This document shows positions 1-10,326 of a stretch of DNA of 64,000 nt, piece by piece. The translations under genes and the position numbers were made by a program. Source of the DNA: Salinispira sp. (GTDB lineage Bacteria; Spirochaetota; Spirochaetia; DSM-27196; Salinispiraceae); contig OZ271918.1 in NCBI GenBank assembly GCA_965602015.1, forward strand, positions 192,001 through 256,000, read 5' to 3'. How positions within the stretch are numbered: position 1 is the first letter of the stretch; every line of letters begins with the position of its first letter. The notes beneath the pieces were generated by a model. The model was given only the letters and a program-made list of their open reading frames with translations, was not told the origin of the DNA and searched no databases.

Positions 1-489
1 GGAACTGGCATCACCGTCCGGGGATTTTTCGGCTCCCAGCTCGGACCGTCCCTCCAAGCCGCTCCGCAAAAGGGTGCTGCCCTTGGGGAGGCGGAACTCG
101 CGGCGGTGCTGCAGGAATCCTGGAGCGCCGACCTGATTAACGCCATGGGGGGCATTGAGGAGTTTTCCCGCTACGGCATGGGCGTTTTTCTTTACGACGG
201 CGATGAGCTGGTATGCGGGGCATCAAGTTTCTGCCGGTACACAAATGCCATTGAAGTCGAGGTGGATACGAAGCCCGACCGACGAAAATCCGGGTTGGCC
301 AGATGGGCAGGAGCCGCACTGTCGCTGATGGCGGCGGCTCATGATCAGTATTTGTGCTGGGATGCCGCACACCCCAGTTCGGCGAGAATTGCCATTGACC
401 TGGGGTTGGGGTTTTGCGGGCACTACATCTGCAGCGTATACCGCTTTGCCGATGCTTCCAGCACCAGCGCAGGAGGAATCGAACATTGA
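1..489 (+). CDS. GNAT family N-acetyltransferase (5'-truncated by window edge)
   Basis: Frame is open from base 1; contains IEVEVDTKPDRRKSGLA (acetyl-CoA motif A-like) and WDAAHPSS..IA..LG. Confidence 0.7.
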   Translation, partial: GTGITVRGFFGSQLGPSLQAAPQKGAALGEAELAAVLQESWSADLINAMGGIEEFSRYGMGVFLYDGDELVCGASSFCRYTNAIEVEVDTKPDRRKSGLARWAGAALSLMAAAHDQYLCWDAAHPSSARIAIDLGLGFCGHYICSVYRFADASSTSAGGIEH

Positions 490-1196
490 TCCTGACTATC
501 GGCGCCATGGACGGGGAGATTTCCGCCTGTTCGAAAGCCATCTCAAACTCTTCAACGCATCACAGCATTAGCGGAACCAGGCTCATCCTTGGAACACTGG
601 AGGGCTGGGAGGTTGCCCTGGGCAAATCGGGGGTCGGCAAGGCGATGAGCGCCCTCTGCGCTCAGAGCATGATAGAGTATCTCATTTCGTTGGGTAAGCG
701 CCCCCGTGCGCTGGTGTTCACCGGACTTGCCGGAGCCTTGAATCCCCAATACGAAATTGGCGATACGGTAGTCTCCCGGGACTGCGTCCAGCATGATCTC
801 AACGCCACCGAGCTCGGAATTCCCCTGGGCACTGTGCCGTACAGTCCCTACCGCTTTCTTACGGCAGACCCGGTCCTTGTTGCCGCCATGATGAGCTTCT
901 CTCCAGCCGCCGGGGTTCTTCGGGAAGGGCGGATCCTCACAGGGGATCAGTTCATCAGCCGCCGCGACGAGCCGCGTTATGAGTATTTGCGGAAGGAGCT
1001 CAACGGCGATGCGGTTGAGATGGAGGGCGCCGCAGTGGCCCTCTGCGCGACGGTAAACAACATTCCGTTTTTACTCATTCGCACTATCAGCGATAAATCC
1101 GACGGAAGTGCGGCTGTAAAGTTCAGCGAGTTTCTTCCAATCGCAAGCGAGAACAGCCTTATGGCTCTGCGGCATCTTCTCAGAAACCTCGACTAA
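486..1196 (+). CDS. mtnN: 5'-methylthioadenosine/S-adenosylhomocysteine nucleosidase
   Basis: IGAM..E, SGVGK, TG.AG, TGDQFI, VEMEGAA and RTISD motifs; TTG start at 486 after GGAGGA, overlapping the upstream stop. Confidence 0.9.
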   Translation: MILTIGAMDGEISACSKAISNSSTHHSISGTRLILGTLEGWEVALGKSGVGKAMSALCAQSMIEYLISLGKRPRALVFTGLAGALNPQYEIGDTVVSRDCVQHDLNATELGIPLGTVPYSPYRFLTADPVLVAAMMSFSPAAGVLREGRILTGDQFISRRDEPRYEYLRKELNGDAVEMEGAAVALCATVNNIPFLLIRTISDKSDGSAAVKFSEFLPIASENSLMALRHLLRNLD

Positions 1197-1261
1197 GAAC
1201 GCTTCCTTCTTTTGGAAATTGTTCTTGCATTTTCCTCCATAATAGCCAATACAGTATACAT

Positions 1262-3625
1262 ATGGACAATCTAAAACCAGGGGTAGCCCCCATTTCATTT
1301 CCCGATGTCACCGGCCTGATTTCCCGTCTGGCGGATAGTCGCCAGGAGGATTTTTCCATCATCAGCAAACTGCACCTGATGGAGTTGTTTACCGCGGTAC
1401 TGGGCGGGCATTTTACCGTTGCGCCAGGGCCGTCGGATGATGGGGACGAGGAGCCGGTCTCGCTGGAGGATTGCCGAATCGATGCCATGGAAGTACGGCG
1501 GATCAGCATGGCGGATATTCTCTCCCAGGGAATTGCCCTCTACGGCGATTATTACCGTAGGGCGGATGATGCGGGCAGGATGGAGTTAAAGGCCCGGTTT
1601 ATTGAAGCCAGCGGCGCGGCCTGCGACCCCGAGACCCTGAAGCCCTGGTCGGCGAGGGAAGGCGGGGAAGAACTGGCGCTGGTTCTCAGCGGCGGGGCCC
1701 TGCTGGGCAGCTTTCAGCTCGGTGCCATAGAGTACCTGGTTGACGGCTTTGCCGCATCAGGCAGCGGGGCAAACTGGTCCAGGTTTTCACCGGATGCCAT
1801 TGCCGGAACCTCCGTAGGAGCCATCAACGGACTTGCTCTTTCCTGTTTCAAAGAGCAAACCGGAAAACGCCTCACGGCGATATGGGAGTCCATCAAGCGT
1901 CAGGATCATTTCGTTCTCCTGGACCCCGAAATCCAGGCTATACAGAAAGGCGCCAACGCCGTGCCCCTGCTGCGCCGGTCCCCCCTGGACATGCTGTCCA
2001 TGCTCAACCCTTTTCCCAAGCTCCGCGATAAGGCCAAGGGTAAAAGTCCGCTCTTAACTATAGTCGCTTCGTATATTCTGGCCCACGGCAGCCTGATTTC
2101 CTCCCGGACCTGGCGTCTGGTGAAGCGACTGGGTGTTCATAATGACGGCATCGACCTTCTCGGAGCCCTGACACATCAGCCAATACAGAAGATGCTGTAT
2201 GACGCTATTGAGGACGAATACGGCGCTGAACATCCTTCAATTCCCTTTATCTGTCCGGTGACGAACCTGAATGACAGTCATGAATACCTCTTTTCTTCTG
2301 AAGGTATCGTCTACAAGTACTCTAATCACGATGACTTTACCCGTATCATCGCCCGGTACAGGCCGGTGTATCACGAAATGTCCCGCAAATTTGCCGATAG
2401 CTTTCAGCGTCCGGAAAATGCGGAGCTGGTGGAAAAGGATGAAGTCGGCCACCCGGCGGATGACGAAGAAAGCGGCGCTGAAAATACCGCCTACGATCCG
2501 GCCTATCTGAGACTTTGGTCGGATGCTGCCCGTGATGGAGACCAGATTCCGGTAAAATACCGGGTTATGCCAGGGGTTATCGGATCATCCAATATCCCCC
2601 TGGCCCTTGGAACCGTTAATGCCATACTCCGTCCGCTGGACGGCGGTTCATCGGCTGACTCGCGAGAGATATCGGCGCCGCCCATCAGAAAACACATTAA
2701 AATACACGGGGTCGACGGTGCATTGCGTCTCAATTTTCCCATCAACGCCCTGTTGAACCATTTCGAAGACAACCACGACAAGCACATTCCTCCATCACCT
2801 GCCCGGGATTTTCGAAAACTGATCACTATAAGCGCCACAACAAAAAACAAGGAGTACAAGGATTTTCGCGGGGACGGCGAAGAAGGTGTCCAGATCTTCG
2901 AAAACCTCGGCAGGAGCATCGATATCGTTCTGAATCAGATAAATGTAGCCAGCCGAACGAGCCTGAAACGGGTCCACGGCGGAAGGCGGCTTGAAACCGC
3001 CCACATCGATCCGGTGATTCAGATTCACTCGGGATATGTGGTGGACCCGGGACTTATACAGATAAGCAGGGATTACGGGCGGATGAGGGCCTTCGACATC
3101 ATGGATCTGCATGGAGGCTTATCGGAGGGCGGGATTGCCGACGCGGACCTTGTTCCCGCAATGATAATCCTTATGCTCCTCACTCTGGAGATTGCGGTTC
3201 AGCGGAAACGGGCCTGGGAGTTGGAACAGGACATAGTCCTGACCCTCCTCGACCGGGACCCGGGTTTTTGGAACAGCGCTCTCCGTTCGCGGGCTGTGAA
3301 TGTGCGCCGTGGAAAGGACGGTGCCGGCCTGCTTCAGAAGGTAAGCCGGCGTTGGGAAGCCTGCCAAGGATTCGTGGACTGCCGAAAGCGAAAGTACCCT
3401 CACAATGAGCTCAAACGGGAGCTGTACGGCCCCTGCAGCATCGGGACAAACCGAGGGAAGCTACAGACCGCCCGGAACGCCGTGGCCCGTCTGAGCGATA
3501 TTCAAACGGAAATAACCGGCATAGCCGGGATGTGCCGCGGGCCGGCTGACGGCGGTTGTGAGATGCATGTTTCACCGGTTTCCGACCTCATCGAGCTTTT
3601 GAACGCCGCAGGGTGCAGATTGTAG
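1262..3625 (+). CDS. Large patatin-like phospholipase domain protein (787 aa)
   Basis: LSGGALLG oxyanion loop, GTSVG nucleophile elbow, DGA catalytic Asp motif; long unassigned flanks. Confidence 0.75.
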   Translation: MDNLKPGVAPISFPDVTGLISRLADSRQEDFSIISKLHLMELFTAVLGGHFTVAPGPSDDGDEEPVSLEDCRIDAMEVRRISMADILSQGIALYGDYYRRADDAGRMELKARFIEASGAACDPETLKPWSAREGGEELALVLSGGALLGSFQLGAIEYLVDGFAASGSGANWSRFSPDAIAGTSVGAINGLALSCFKEQTGKRLTAIWESIKRQDHFVLLDPEIQAIQKGANAVPLLRRSPLDMLSMLNPFPKLRDKAKGKSPLLTIVASYILAHGSLISSRTWRLVKRLGVHNDGIDLLGALTHQPIQKMLYDAIEDEYGAEHPSIPFICPVTNLNDSHEYLFSSEGIVYKYSNHDDFTRIIARYRPVYHEMSRKFADSFQRPENAELVEKDEVGHPADDEESGAENTAYDPAYLRLWSDAARDGDQIPVKYRVMPGVIGSSNIPLALGTVNAILRPLDGGSSADSREISAPPIRKHIKIHGVDGALRLNFPINALLNHFEDNHDKHIPPSPARDFRKLITISATTKNKEYKDFRGDGEEGVQIFENLGRSIDIVLNQINVASRTSLKRVHGGRRLETAHIDPVIQIHSGYVVDPGLIQISRDYGRMRAFDIMDLHGGLSEGGIADADLVPAMIILMLLTLEIAVQRKRAWELEQDIVLTLLDRDPGFWNSALRSRAVNVRRGKDGAGLLQKVSRRWEACQGFVDCRKRKYPHNELKRELYGPCSIGTNRGKLQTARNAVARLSDIQTEITGIAGMCRGPADGGCEMHVSPVSDLIELLNAAGCRL

Positions 3626-3794
3626 GTCCCCTGAGACCCGGTGAACATGGCCGGCGCGACGGACCTTCTTTCCGGGATTGTCGTCCGGCTACTTGCCAGA
3701 CCTATGCCGATTCCGACGAGGCAGCGCGACGGCAAAAAAATAGCCCGCAGCCGAATTACCGGTCTGCGGGCTGTTTTTGCGAAATAACTCTGAA

Positions 3795-4106
3795 TTATAC
3801 GAATTTTACCGCAGTTCCCCATGCGAGAATTTCAGCTGCGCCGGAAACTACCGCAGAGGAAGCATAGCGGATATTGATGACTGCATCGGCTCCCAGAGCT
3901 TCGGCGTCCTCAACCATGCGTTTTGTCGCAATCGCCCGGGCCTCATTCATCATTTCGGTGTAACCCTTGAGTTCACCGCCGACAATAGTTTTTAATCCGC
4001 TCATTATGTCCTTTCCGATGTTCTTCGACTGAATAATCGAACCGCGAACCATTTGAAGCGTCTGGATGTTTTTCCCGCTGACAAAATCAGTATTTACTAA
4101 GATCAT
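3795..4106 (-). CDS. UPF0145/YbjQ family protein
   Basis: GLKTIVGGELKGYTEMMNEAR..A..RM...A..LGADAVINIRY signature. Confidence 0.9.
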   Translation of the reverse strand: MILVNTDFVSGKNIQTLQMVRGSIIQSKNIGKDIMSGLKTIVGGELKGYTEMMNEARAIATKRMVEDAEALGADAVINIRYASSAVVSGAAEILAWGTAVKFV

Positions 4107-4314
4107 CTTTATCCTCCTGATTGATCTCTTTGAAGCGCTGTACCGCAGCAGTTATAAACGCCGCGAGCAAAGCCAAGGTTCCGATGACGATGAGAATGCT
4201 AATCCATCGAGGCATACCGGGTTGGGAGAAAATCCAGAAATACAGATATCCGAAACCGGCGAAGATCGGAATAAAAATGAGCAGGGTGAGTATTACCCCG
4301 GCGCGTTTGGTCAT
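4087..4314 (-). CDS. Small two-TM membrane protein
   Basis: Two hydrophobic segments; GGAG upstream of the ATG; overlaps the start of the YbjQ-like gene. Confidence 0.65.
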   Translation of the reverse strand: MTKRAGVILTLLIFIPIFAGFGYLYFWIFSQPGMPRWISILIVIGTLALLAAFITAAVQRFKEINQEDKDDLSKY

Positions 4315-4637
4315 TCGCTCTCCTTTGAAATTCATGCAAGCTCCTGAAGGGAACCGTGCCCTTTTTTATGCATTGTACCGAGTGCCCCGAAGCTTGTTGC
4401 TCCAACCTCTCGTGCATAGGCTAGGCGCCTGGGGGCGGTAATCACCTCCGGATATCCCGGTAAAGTCCAGCGTTCAACAAGCTTCCGGGCACCAGATACA
4501 TCATATACCCGGTAGTGAGGAAAATATTCAAAAAAAATTTCGCAAACGGTAGAAATATGCGGCAGTGATCATCGAGCCGAAGCATCAGGACGGGCATCAA
4601 AACCTCTGAGATTTGGGCTCTCCAAGGTCGTCCCGTA

Positions 4638-5540
4638 TCAGGAGGATGGGCATTTTTGCTCAAGTTCTTCAGCGCTGAGAAAACCCCTGGCGGCGCCGTT
4701 TGCCCCAATTTTCCATCCGGCAAAAAAGACGGCCTTTTCCAGGGCTGCAGCCGCCCCGACGCCTTGTGCCCAGAAATGAAGGAAGGAGGCAAACAGGGCG
4801 TCGCCGGCGCCTACGCTGTTCACCATCGGTCTCGGCAAAACCGCCGGTATCCTCACAAAGCTGCGGCTGCTGCGCTGCCACAGCAGGGCGCCGCGGCTTC
4901 CCATACCTACTACTGCCAGATGAAACTGATAGAGATCGGAAAGTTCAAGAATGAACTCTTCCTCCCTGCCGTCAATGGCCTCATTACTGAGAAACAGCAG
5001 ATCTGCGGCAGAAAGAAAGTCCCGGTTGTATTCATCCCGGGAATTACTGAGAACGTGAAGGTCCGTGGCAATGATTTTCCCGGCTTTTTTCGCTTCTGCA
5101 AGAAAGGGTCTAGCAAAATTGATGGGAGTGAGTACGCATACATCAGATCCTGGCAGGGCCGACAGAAAGCGTTCCCTGGGATATTCGGTTTCCTGCACAT
5201 GCTTTAAGTCGACATGAATCTGCCTGCGCCCGCTTTCATCCCGCAATATTACCGAGACCGGGGTTTTTTCCAAAAGGGGCAACACTCCAGCGGCCTCAAG
5301 GCCCAAATCGGCATACTCGGCCATCATCATGTCGCCGGCATAATCACTGCCGGTCATAGAAGCATAACTAACTTCGGACCCCAGGGATTTGAGCGCCAGA
5401 CCCAGGTTGAGGCCGACTCCCGACGCATGAATATCTATGCCGTTGAAGGGATAGCACACCGGAAAATATTCCAGTGGAAATCTCTCTATTTTTAGATTGA
5501 TTTCCACATTGGTGAGTCCGGCGATCAGAAAAGTTTTCAC
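4638..5540 (-). CDS. PfkB/ribokinase family carbohydrate kinase
   Basis: SGVG.N.G.AL..LG N-terminal signature and NSVGAGDA C-terminal signature. Confidence 0.85.
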   Translation of the reverse strand: MKTFLIAGLTNVEINLKIERFPLEYFPVCYPFNGIDIHASGVGLNLGLALKSLGSEVSYASMTGSDYAGDMMMAEYADLGLEAAGVLPLLEKTPVSVILRDESGRRQIHVDLKHVQETEYPRERFLSALPGSDVCVLTPINFARPFLAEAKKAGKIIATDLHVLSNSRDEYNRDFLSAADLLFLSNEAIDGREEEFILELSDLYQFHLAVVGMGSRGALLWQRSSRSFVRIPAVLPRPMVNSVGAGDALFASFLHFWAQGVGAAAALEKAVFFAGWKIGANGAARGFLSAEELEQKCPSS

Positions 5541-5562
5541 TATCAGCGATTGAGGCGAATCA

Positions 5563-6816
5563 TTAGATTTTCTTCAACACCACCGTCGAATTATGTCCGC
5601 CGAAGCCAAAACTATTGGAGAGGACGACGTTTATGGCTTTTTCTACCGGTTCGGTGTTAATCGTCGATTCTTTGAGGGCCACGCCGTCATCAAAGTCATC
5701 AATATTGATATTCGGCGGGACGATACCTTCATTCATCGCCTTGATGCTTAAAATTGCCTCCAGGGCCGCGGTGGCGCCTAAAAGGTGGCCGTGCATGCTC
5801 TTGGTAGAGCCCACATGAACTCGCTCTTCGTTTCCATTAAGCAGCTTGTATACCGCCTTGCTCTCGGCAATATCGCCCAATGGGGTCGATGTGCCATGGG
5901 TATTGATATAATCGATTTCCGAAGGGTCAATGCCCGCCTGCCTAACCGCCATTTCCATGGAGTACAATGCGCCTACCCCTTCGGGATGGGGAACTACGAG
6001 GTCGTGGGCGTCACCGCTCATGCCAACTGCCGCAAGTTCTGCCAGAATGTTGGCTCCCCGGGCTTTTGCGTGCTCGTATTCTTCGATTACAAGAATTCCG
6101 GCGCCCTCGCCCATGACGAAGCCGTCGCGTCCCTTGTCGTAGGGGCGGCTCGCCTTGGTCGGAGTGTCGTTATATTTGGTGGACAGGGCCTGCATGCGGC
6201 TGAAACCTGCGACGGCGATCTCGACAACCGAATCCTCGGCACCGCCGGCCACAACCGTGCTGCAGTAACCGAGCTGAATCATCATGTATGCAACGGCGAA
6301 GGCGTGGTTCGCGGTGGCGCAGGCCGTCTGGGTCGCCATATTCGGACCCTGGGCACCCAACTCCATGCTAACCACACCGCTGGCGATATTCCCGATGGTT
6401 GCCGGAATGTACATGGGGCCGACGCCGCGGGGACCCCGGTTGCCCAGACTGATGGCATTAGACTGCTGGCTGGGAAGTCCGCCGATGCCCGAACCGATAA
6501 CCACACCGACATCCCAGGGATTGGCGGCGATATCGATGCCCGACTGGTCGACAGCCTGGCGGCTTGCGGCCATGGCAAAATGGGTAAACTCATCCAAGCG
6601 TTTCGCCTGTTTGCGGAACTCTTCGCTGTAATGCTCAGCATAGTCAAAGCCCCGAACCTCTCCGGCGATCTGCGCAGCGTAATCGCTGGGGTCGAAGTGG
6701 GAGATGCGGTCTATTCCGCTCACGCCGTTTTTGACCTTTTCCCAACTGTCTTCCACATTGTTGCCCAGGGGGTTCAGGGTTCCCATTCCGGTTATGACTA
6801 TTCGTTTTTTATCCAT
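5563..6816 (-). CDS. fabF: 3-oxoacyl-ACP synthase II
   Basis: RIVITGMG, TACAT (catalytic Cys), HGTST, HGHLLGA, NSFGFGGHN; ATG at 6816 with GGAG RBS. Confidence 0.95.
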   Translation of the reverse strand: MDKKRIVITGMGTLNPLGNNVEDSWEKVKNGVSGIDRISHFDPSDYAAQIAGEVRGFDYAEHYSEEFRKQAKRLDEFTHFAMAASRQAVDQSGIDIAANPWDVGVVIGSGIGGLPSQQSNAISLGNRGPRGVGPMYIPATIGNIASGVVSMELGAQGPNMATQTACATANHAFAVAYMMIQLGYCSTVVAGGAEDSVVEIAVAGFSRMQALSTKYNDTPTKASRPYDKGRDGFVMGEGAGILVIEEYEHAKARGANILAELAAVGMSGDAHDLVVPHPEGVGALYSMEMAVRQAGIDPSEIDYINTHGTSTPLGDIAESKAVYKLLNGNEERVHVGSTKSMHGHLLGATAALEAILSIKAMNEGIVPPNINIDDFDDGVALKESTINTEPVEKAINVVLSNSFGFGGHNSTVVLKKI

Positions 6817-6944
6817 CGTAATTTCTCCAGTACTTCCGCAAGTTTCGTTTAAAATATTGCACATTTTCTTTTTTTAATCAAATGGCGTTCAGTATTATTA
6901 GGCGTTTTCATGTGCCTATGCCAAAAACCGATTAGTGTATTTAA

Positions 6945-6964
6945 ATCAGCTGTTTTCGGGGCAC
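6945..6964 (-). repeat. Dispersed 20-bp REP-like repeat, copy 1 (G subtype)
   Basis: ATCAGCTGTTTTCGGGGCAC. Confidence 0.9.
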
Positions 6965-7143
6965 GGGGAAAAACTTCCCTAAAACACTTGATTAGATAAA
7001 AAAATATCTATACATTTTTACTCATAAATAAGCCGGGGGATCGCTGGACCTTCCGGACAGAATTATCAATACTCGATAAACCTGAGTAAAAATGACAGAA
7101 AAGGTGCAAATCCCAAGCCGGGAAGCACCGGGGAGCACAATAT

Positions 7144-8154
7144 ATGAAGTTAGCAGTGTTCAGTACTAAGAACTGGGTCCGCAGTGCGTTCGACCAGGCG
7201 GTCGGCACAAGCGAACTCGAATTAAACTATCTCGAACCCAGGCTGGACATTCACACGGTCAGTTTGGCAGCGGGTCACGATGCGGTGTGCGTTTTTGTAA
7301 ACGATGTTCTGGATGCGCAGGTGGTGCGCCGCCTGGCCGAGCTGGGCGTAAAAACCATTGCCCTGCGCTGTGCGGGTTTTAACAATGTGGATATCAAGGT
7401 CGCCTACGAGCTGGGAATACATGTGGTTCGGGTTCCGGCTTACAGTCCCTATGCGGTTGCTGAACATGCCGTAGGGCTGATTTTGGCCCTCAATCGCCGC
7501 TATCACCGGGCATACAATCGTATACGCGAAGGCAATTTCAGCCTGGACGGGCTGTTGGGATTCGATATTCATGGGAAGACCGTCGGCATAATCGGCACCG
7601 GAAAAATCGGACAGATTTTCGCCGGAATCATCCAGGGATTCGGAACCCGGGTGTTGGCCTACGACAAGTATCCCAGTGAAGATCTCAAGTCGAAGGGCGT
7701 GGAATATGTTGAACTAAAACAACTGTACGAGCAGTCTGACATTATCAGCCTGCATTGCCCGCTTAATCACGAGACCTATCACATAATAAATGAGTATGCC
7801 ATCAAGGATATGAAGCGGGGAGTCACGGTTATAAACACCAGCCGCGGGCCTCTCATCGACTCCAACGCAGTGATAAACGGTTTGAAAAGCGGACAGATTG
7901 CCTATCTCGGGCTCGACGTGTATGAGGAGGAGGGTGACCTGTTCTTCGAGGATCTCTCGGATCAGGTAATTCAGGACGATACCTTTGTTCGGCTCCAGAC
8001 GTTTCCCAATGTGCTGATTACCGCCCACCAGGCGTTTTTTACCAGGGAAGCAGTGGACAATATCGCCGATACCACAGTCGCGAATCTCGCAGAGCTTTAC
8101 AATGCGGGCGAGTGTAAAAATGCCGTCCTGCCCGAATCAGCCTACGGTAAATAA
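7144..8154 (+). CDS. ldhA: D-lactate dehydrogenase (D-2-hydroxyacid dehydrogenase)
   Basis: LRCAGFNNVD, VPAYSPYAVAEH, GTGKIG, NTSRG, DVYEEE, HQAFFT; next to a lactate permease. Confidence 0.9.
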   Translation: MKLAVFSTKNWVRSAFDQAVGTSELELNYLEPRLDIHTVSLAAGHDAVCVFVNDVLDAQVVRRLAELGVKTIALRCAGFNNVDIKVAYELGIHVVRVPAYSPYAVAEHAVGLILALNRRYHRAYNRIREGNFSLDGLLGFDIHGKTVGIIGTGKIGQIFAGIIQGFGTRVLAYDKYPSEDLKSKGVEYVELKQLYEQSDIISLHCPLNHETYHIINEYAIKDMKRGVTVINTSRGPLIDSNAVINGLKSGQIAYLGLDVYEEEGDLFFEDLSDQVIQDDTFVRLQTFPNVLITAHQAFFTREAVDNIADTTVANLAELYNAGECKNAVLPESAYGK

Positions 8155-8180
8155 GGGACTTCCTTAGAGGAGATACAAAA

Positions 8181-9851
8181 ATGATACTCGAAACCATTGT
8201 GAGTTTCCTTCCCATAATTCTGCTGATATGGATGATGACTAAAAAGGATGCGGTTCCATCGGCAAAGGCTTTGCCCATCACCGCTCTCATCAGCTACGGC
8301 ATTATGCTTCTGGTCTTTCGCCGTGATCCTAACCTGGTTCATGCAAATGTTCTCGATGGGCTGCTCACAGCTTGGACGCCTATCCTTATTATTTGGGGAG
8401 CAATTTTTCTGTTCAAAACGATGGAAGCCAGCGGCGCCATGGATAGCATCCGGCGCTGGCTGAACAGCGTCAGCCCCAACAAGGTGGCTCAGCTAATGAT
8501 TGTCGGATGGGCATTTCCCTTTTTGATCGAGGGAGCCAGCGGGTTTGGTACGCCGGCAGCCCTGGCCGCGCCGATACTTGTGGGTCTGGGATTCCCCGCG
8601 ATGAGGGTGGCAATCATGGCCCTGATCATGAACACCGTGCCGGTTTCATTCGGAGCGGTCGGTACACCGACCTGGTTCGGATTCGCCGGAATAGATTTAA
8701 ACGCAGCGGAAATTCTGGAGATCGGGGTGAAGTCCGCCTTCATTCACGGTGCCGCGAGCCTGATAATTCCCATCATCGCCCTTTCGTTTTTGGTTAAGTG
8801 GCGGCATATCCGGAAAAATCTGGGCTTTATCCTGCTGTCAGTAGCTGTCACCGTCATCCCCTATATTGCGGTAGCCTTCTTCAACTACGAATTTCCCGCC
8901 CTGGTGGGTGGAGGCATCGGTCTCATTTTGTCAGTGCTCATCGCTAAGCTCGGCTGGGGACTCGATCGAAGCGAAGGGCATCTGATTGAAACTCTGCGGG
9001 AACAGGGCGAACTGCCGGCCTCCAATGCGGAAACCCCGTCGTTGATCCAGGGCCACGGCGGGGTCGGTCTCTCCGACAGGGCTCCCGGTCCTGCGGAACT
9101 GGCGAGGGCAACCTTTCCCTTATGGGGCACCATTGTCATTTTGGTAATCACCCGAATACCCCAACTCGGCCTCAAGGCCCTGTTAAACCTTGAAGAACCG
9201 GCTTTGCGTCTCGCCCTGGGTAGCCTCGGCGAGTTTTCTCTCAGCCCGGCACTGAGCCTGGGGTTGTCGGAGATTTTCGGCACGACGGTGAGCTGGAGCC
9301 ACAAACTTCTCTATGTGCCGAGCATAATTCCCTTTGGGCTCATAGCGGTTTTGACCTTCTTCTGGTTTCGGATGGACCGGAAAGCCGCGGCTTCAGTGTT
9401 TGGTGACTCGGTCCGACAGCTGAACGCACCCGCAAAGGCGCTATTGGGAGCCCTGGTTTTTGTCAACCTCATGATGATGGGCGGACAGGGTTCCGCGGTG
9501 GCGCTTATCGGATCGGCTCTCTCGGGGGCAACCGGAGGAGCCTGGAAATACTTTTCAGCACTTCTCGGCGTCCTGGGAAGCTTTTTTAGCGGCTCGAACA
9601 CCGTCAGCAACCTGACCTTCGGGCCCATCCAGGATTCCATCGCCGCAAATCTCGGCCTGAATAGGACAACCATTCTGGCGCTACAGTCGGTAGGCGGTGC
9701 AATGGGGAATATGGTTTGCATAAATAACATCGTCGCCGTCAGTTCGGTACTGGCCCTGGAAAAAAGCGAAGGCTACATCCTCACCCGGACCGTCCGGGCC
9801 CTCGTTGTCTATGCTGCAGTCGCCGCCTTTATGGCTTTTTTCCTGGCGTAA
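8181..9851 (+). CDS. L-lactate permease family transporter (LctP)
   Basis: IEGASGFGTPAALAAP and GSNTVSN motifs; polytopic membrane protein. Confidence 0.9.
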   Translation: MILETIVSFLPIILLIWMMTKKDAVPSAKALPITALISYGIMLLVFRRDPNLVHANVLDGLLTAWTPILIIWGAIFLFKTMEASGAMDSIRRWLNSVSPNKVAQLMIVGWAFPFLIEGASGFGTPAALAAPILVGLGFPAMRVAIMALIMNTVPVSFGAVGTPTWFGFAGIDLNAAEILEIGVKSAFIHGAASLIIPIIALSFLVKWRHIRKNLGFILLSVAVTVIPYIAVAFFNYEFPALVGGGIGLILSVLIAKLGWGLDRSEGHLIETLREQGELPASNAETPSLIQGHGGVGLSDRAPGPAELARATFPLWGTIVILVITRIPQLGLKALLNLEEPALRLALGSLGEFSLSPALSLGLSEIFGTTVSWSHKLLYVPSIIPFGLIAVLTFFWFRMDRKAAASVFGDSVRQLNAPAKALLGALVFVNLMMMGGQGSAVALIGSALSGATGGAWKYFSALLGVLGSFFSGSNTVSNLTFGPIQDSIAANLGLNRTTILALQSVGGAMGNMVCINNIVAVSSVLALEKSEGYILTRTVRALVVYAAVAAFMAFFLA

Positions 9852-9864
9852 GCGCTCTCTGGAT

Positions 9865-9893
9865 TCCGCCGGTCTGCATCACAGACCGGCGGA
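9865..9893 (+). terminator. GC-rich hairpin after the lactate permease gene
   Basis: TCCGCCGGTCTG-catca-CAGACCGGCGGA, 12-bp perfect stem; no clear U-tract. Confidence 0.55.
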
Positions 9894-9917
9894 GGTTCCC
9901 CTGGAGAATAATTCCCA

Positions 9918-9961
9918 GTGCCCCGAAAACAGCTGAATTAAATCAGCTGTTTTCGGGGCAC
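9918..9961. repeat. Palindromic doublet of the REP-like repeat (copies 2 and 3)
   Basis: GTGCCCCGAAAACAGCTGA-attaaa-TCAGCTGTTTTCGGGGCAC, 19-bp perfect arms. Confidence 0.92.
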
Positions 9962-10084
9962 AACCCAAATATATCTACATTTGTTGAGTTTTTTCTTACG
10001 CCGCCAATAAAGATTCTGACTATTTTTCTCAGGAAAATGAAAAGATCCCTCCAAACAATCACTATATGTGATTATTCTATACCT

Positions 10085-10318
10085 ATGAAAGAAATGACGC
10101 GTCACAATGCCGGCAGGATCTACCTGTTTCTCCTGCTATTGTCGGTAATCGGGTTTATCACCTTCCTGGCCATCGGCGGAACCCAAACCGCCCCGGGTGA
10201 AGAACCCTTTTTACTGTTCGGGTGGATGACCATTCAGTTATTCATAGGAGTCATTTTCGTACTCTTTTGGCTGGTCAGCTACATAATCTACTTCTTTTTC
10301 TTCTGGCCGTACCGATAG
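10085..10318 (+). CDS. Small two-TM membrane protein, probable accessory subunit of the SSS transporter
   Basis: Two hydrophobic helices; immediately upstream of a sodium:solute symporter, a common arrangement. Confidence 0.65.
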   Translation: MKEMTRHNAGRIYLFLLLLSVIGFITFLAIGGTQTAPGEEPFLLFGWMTIQLFIGVIFVLFWLVSYIIYFFFFWPYR

Positions 10319-10326
10319 GAGGTCCC

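Noticed and set aside
5785..6852. Long antisense ORFs (e.g. 5785-6852, 12202-13497, 25248-26069, 47269-48108)
   Set aside because: Shadow frames of well-supported genes in GC-rich DNA, with no recognisable motifs.
7098..7135. GGTGCAAATCC hairpin upstream of ldhA as a cobalamin or c-di-GMP riboswitch
   Set aside because: Only a short fragment matches; the other conserved elements are not present.
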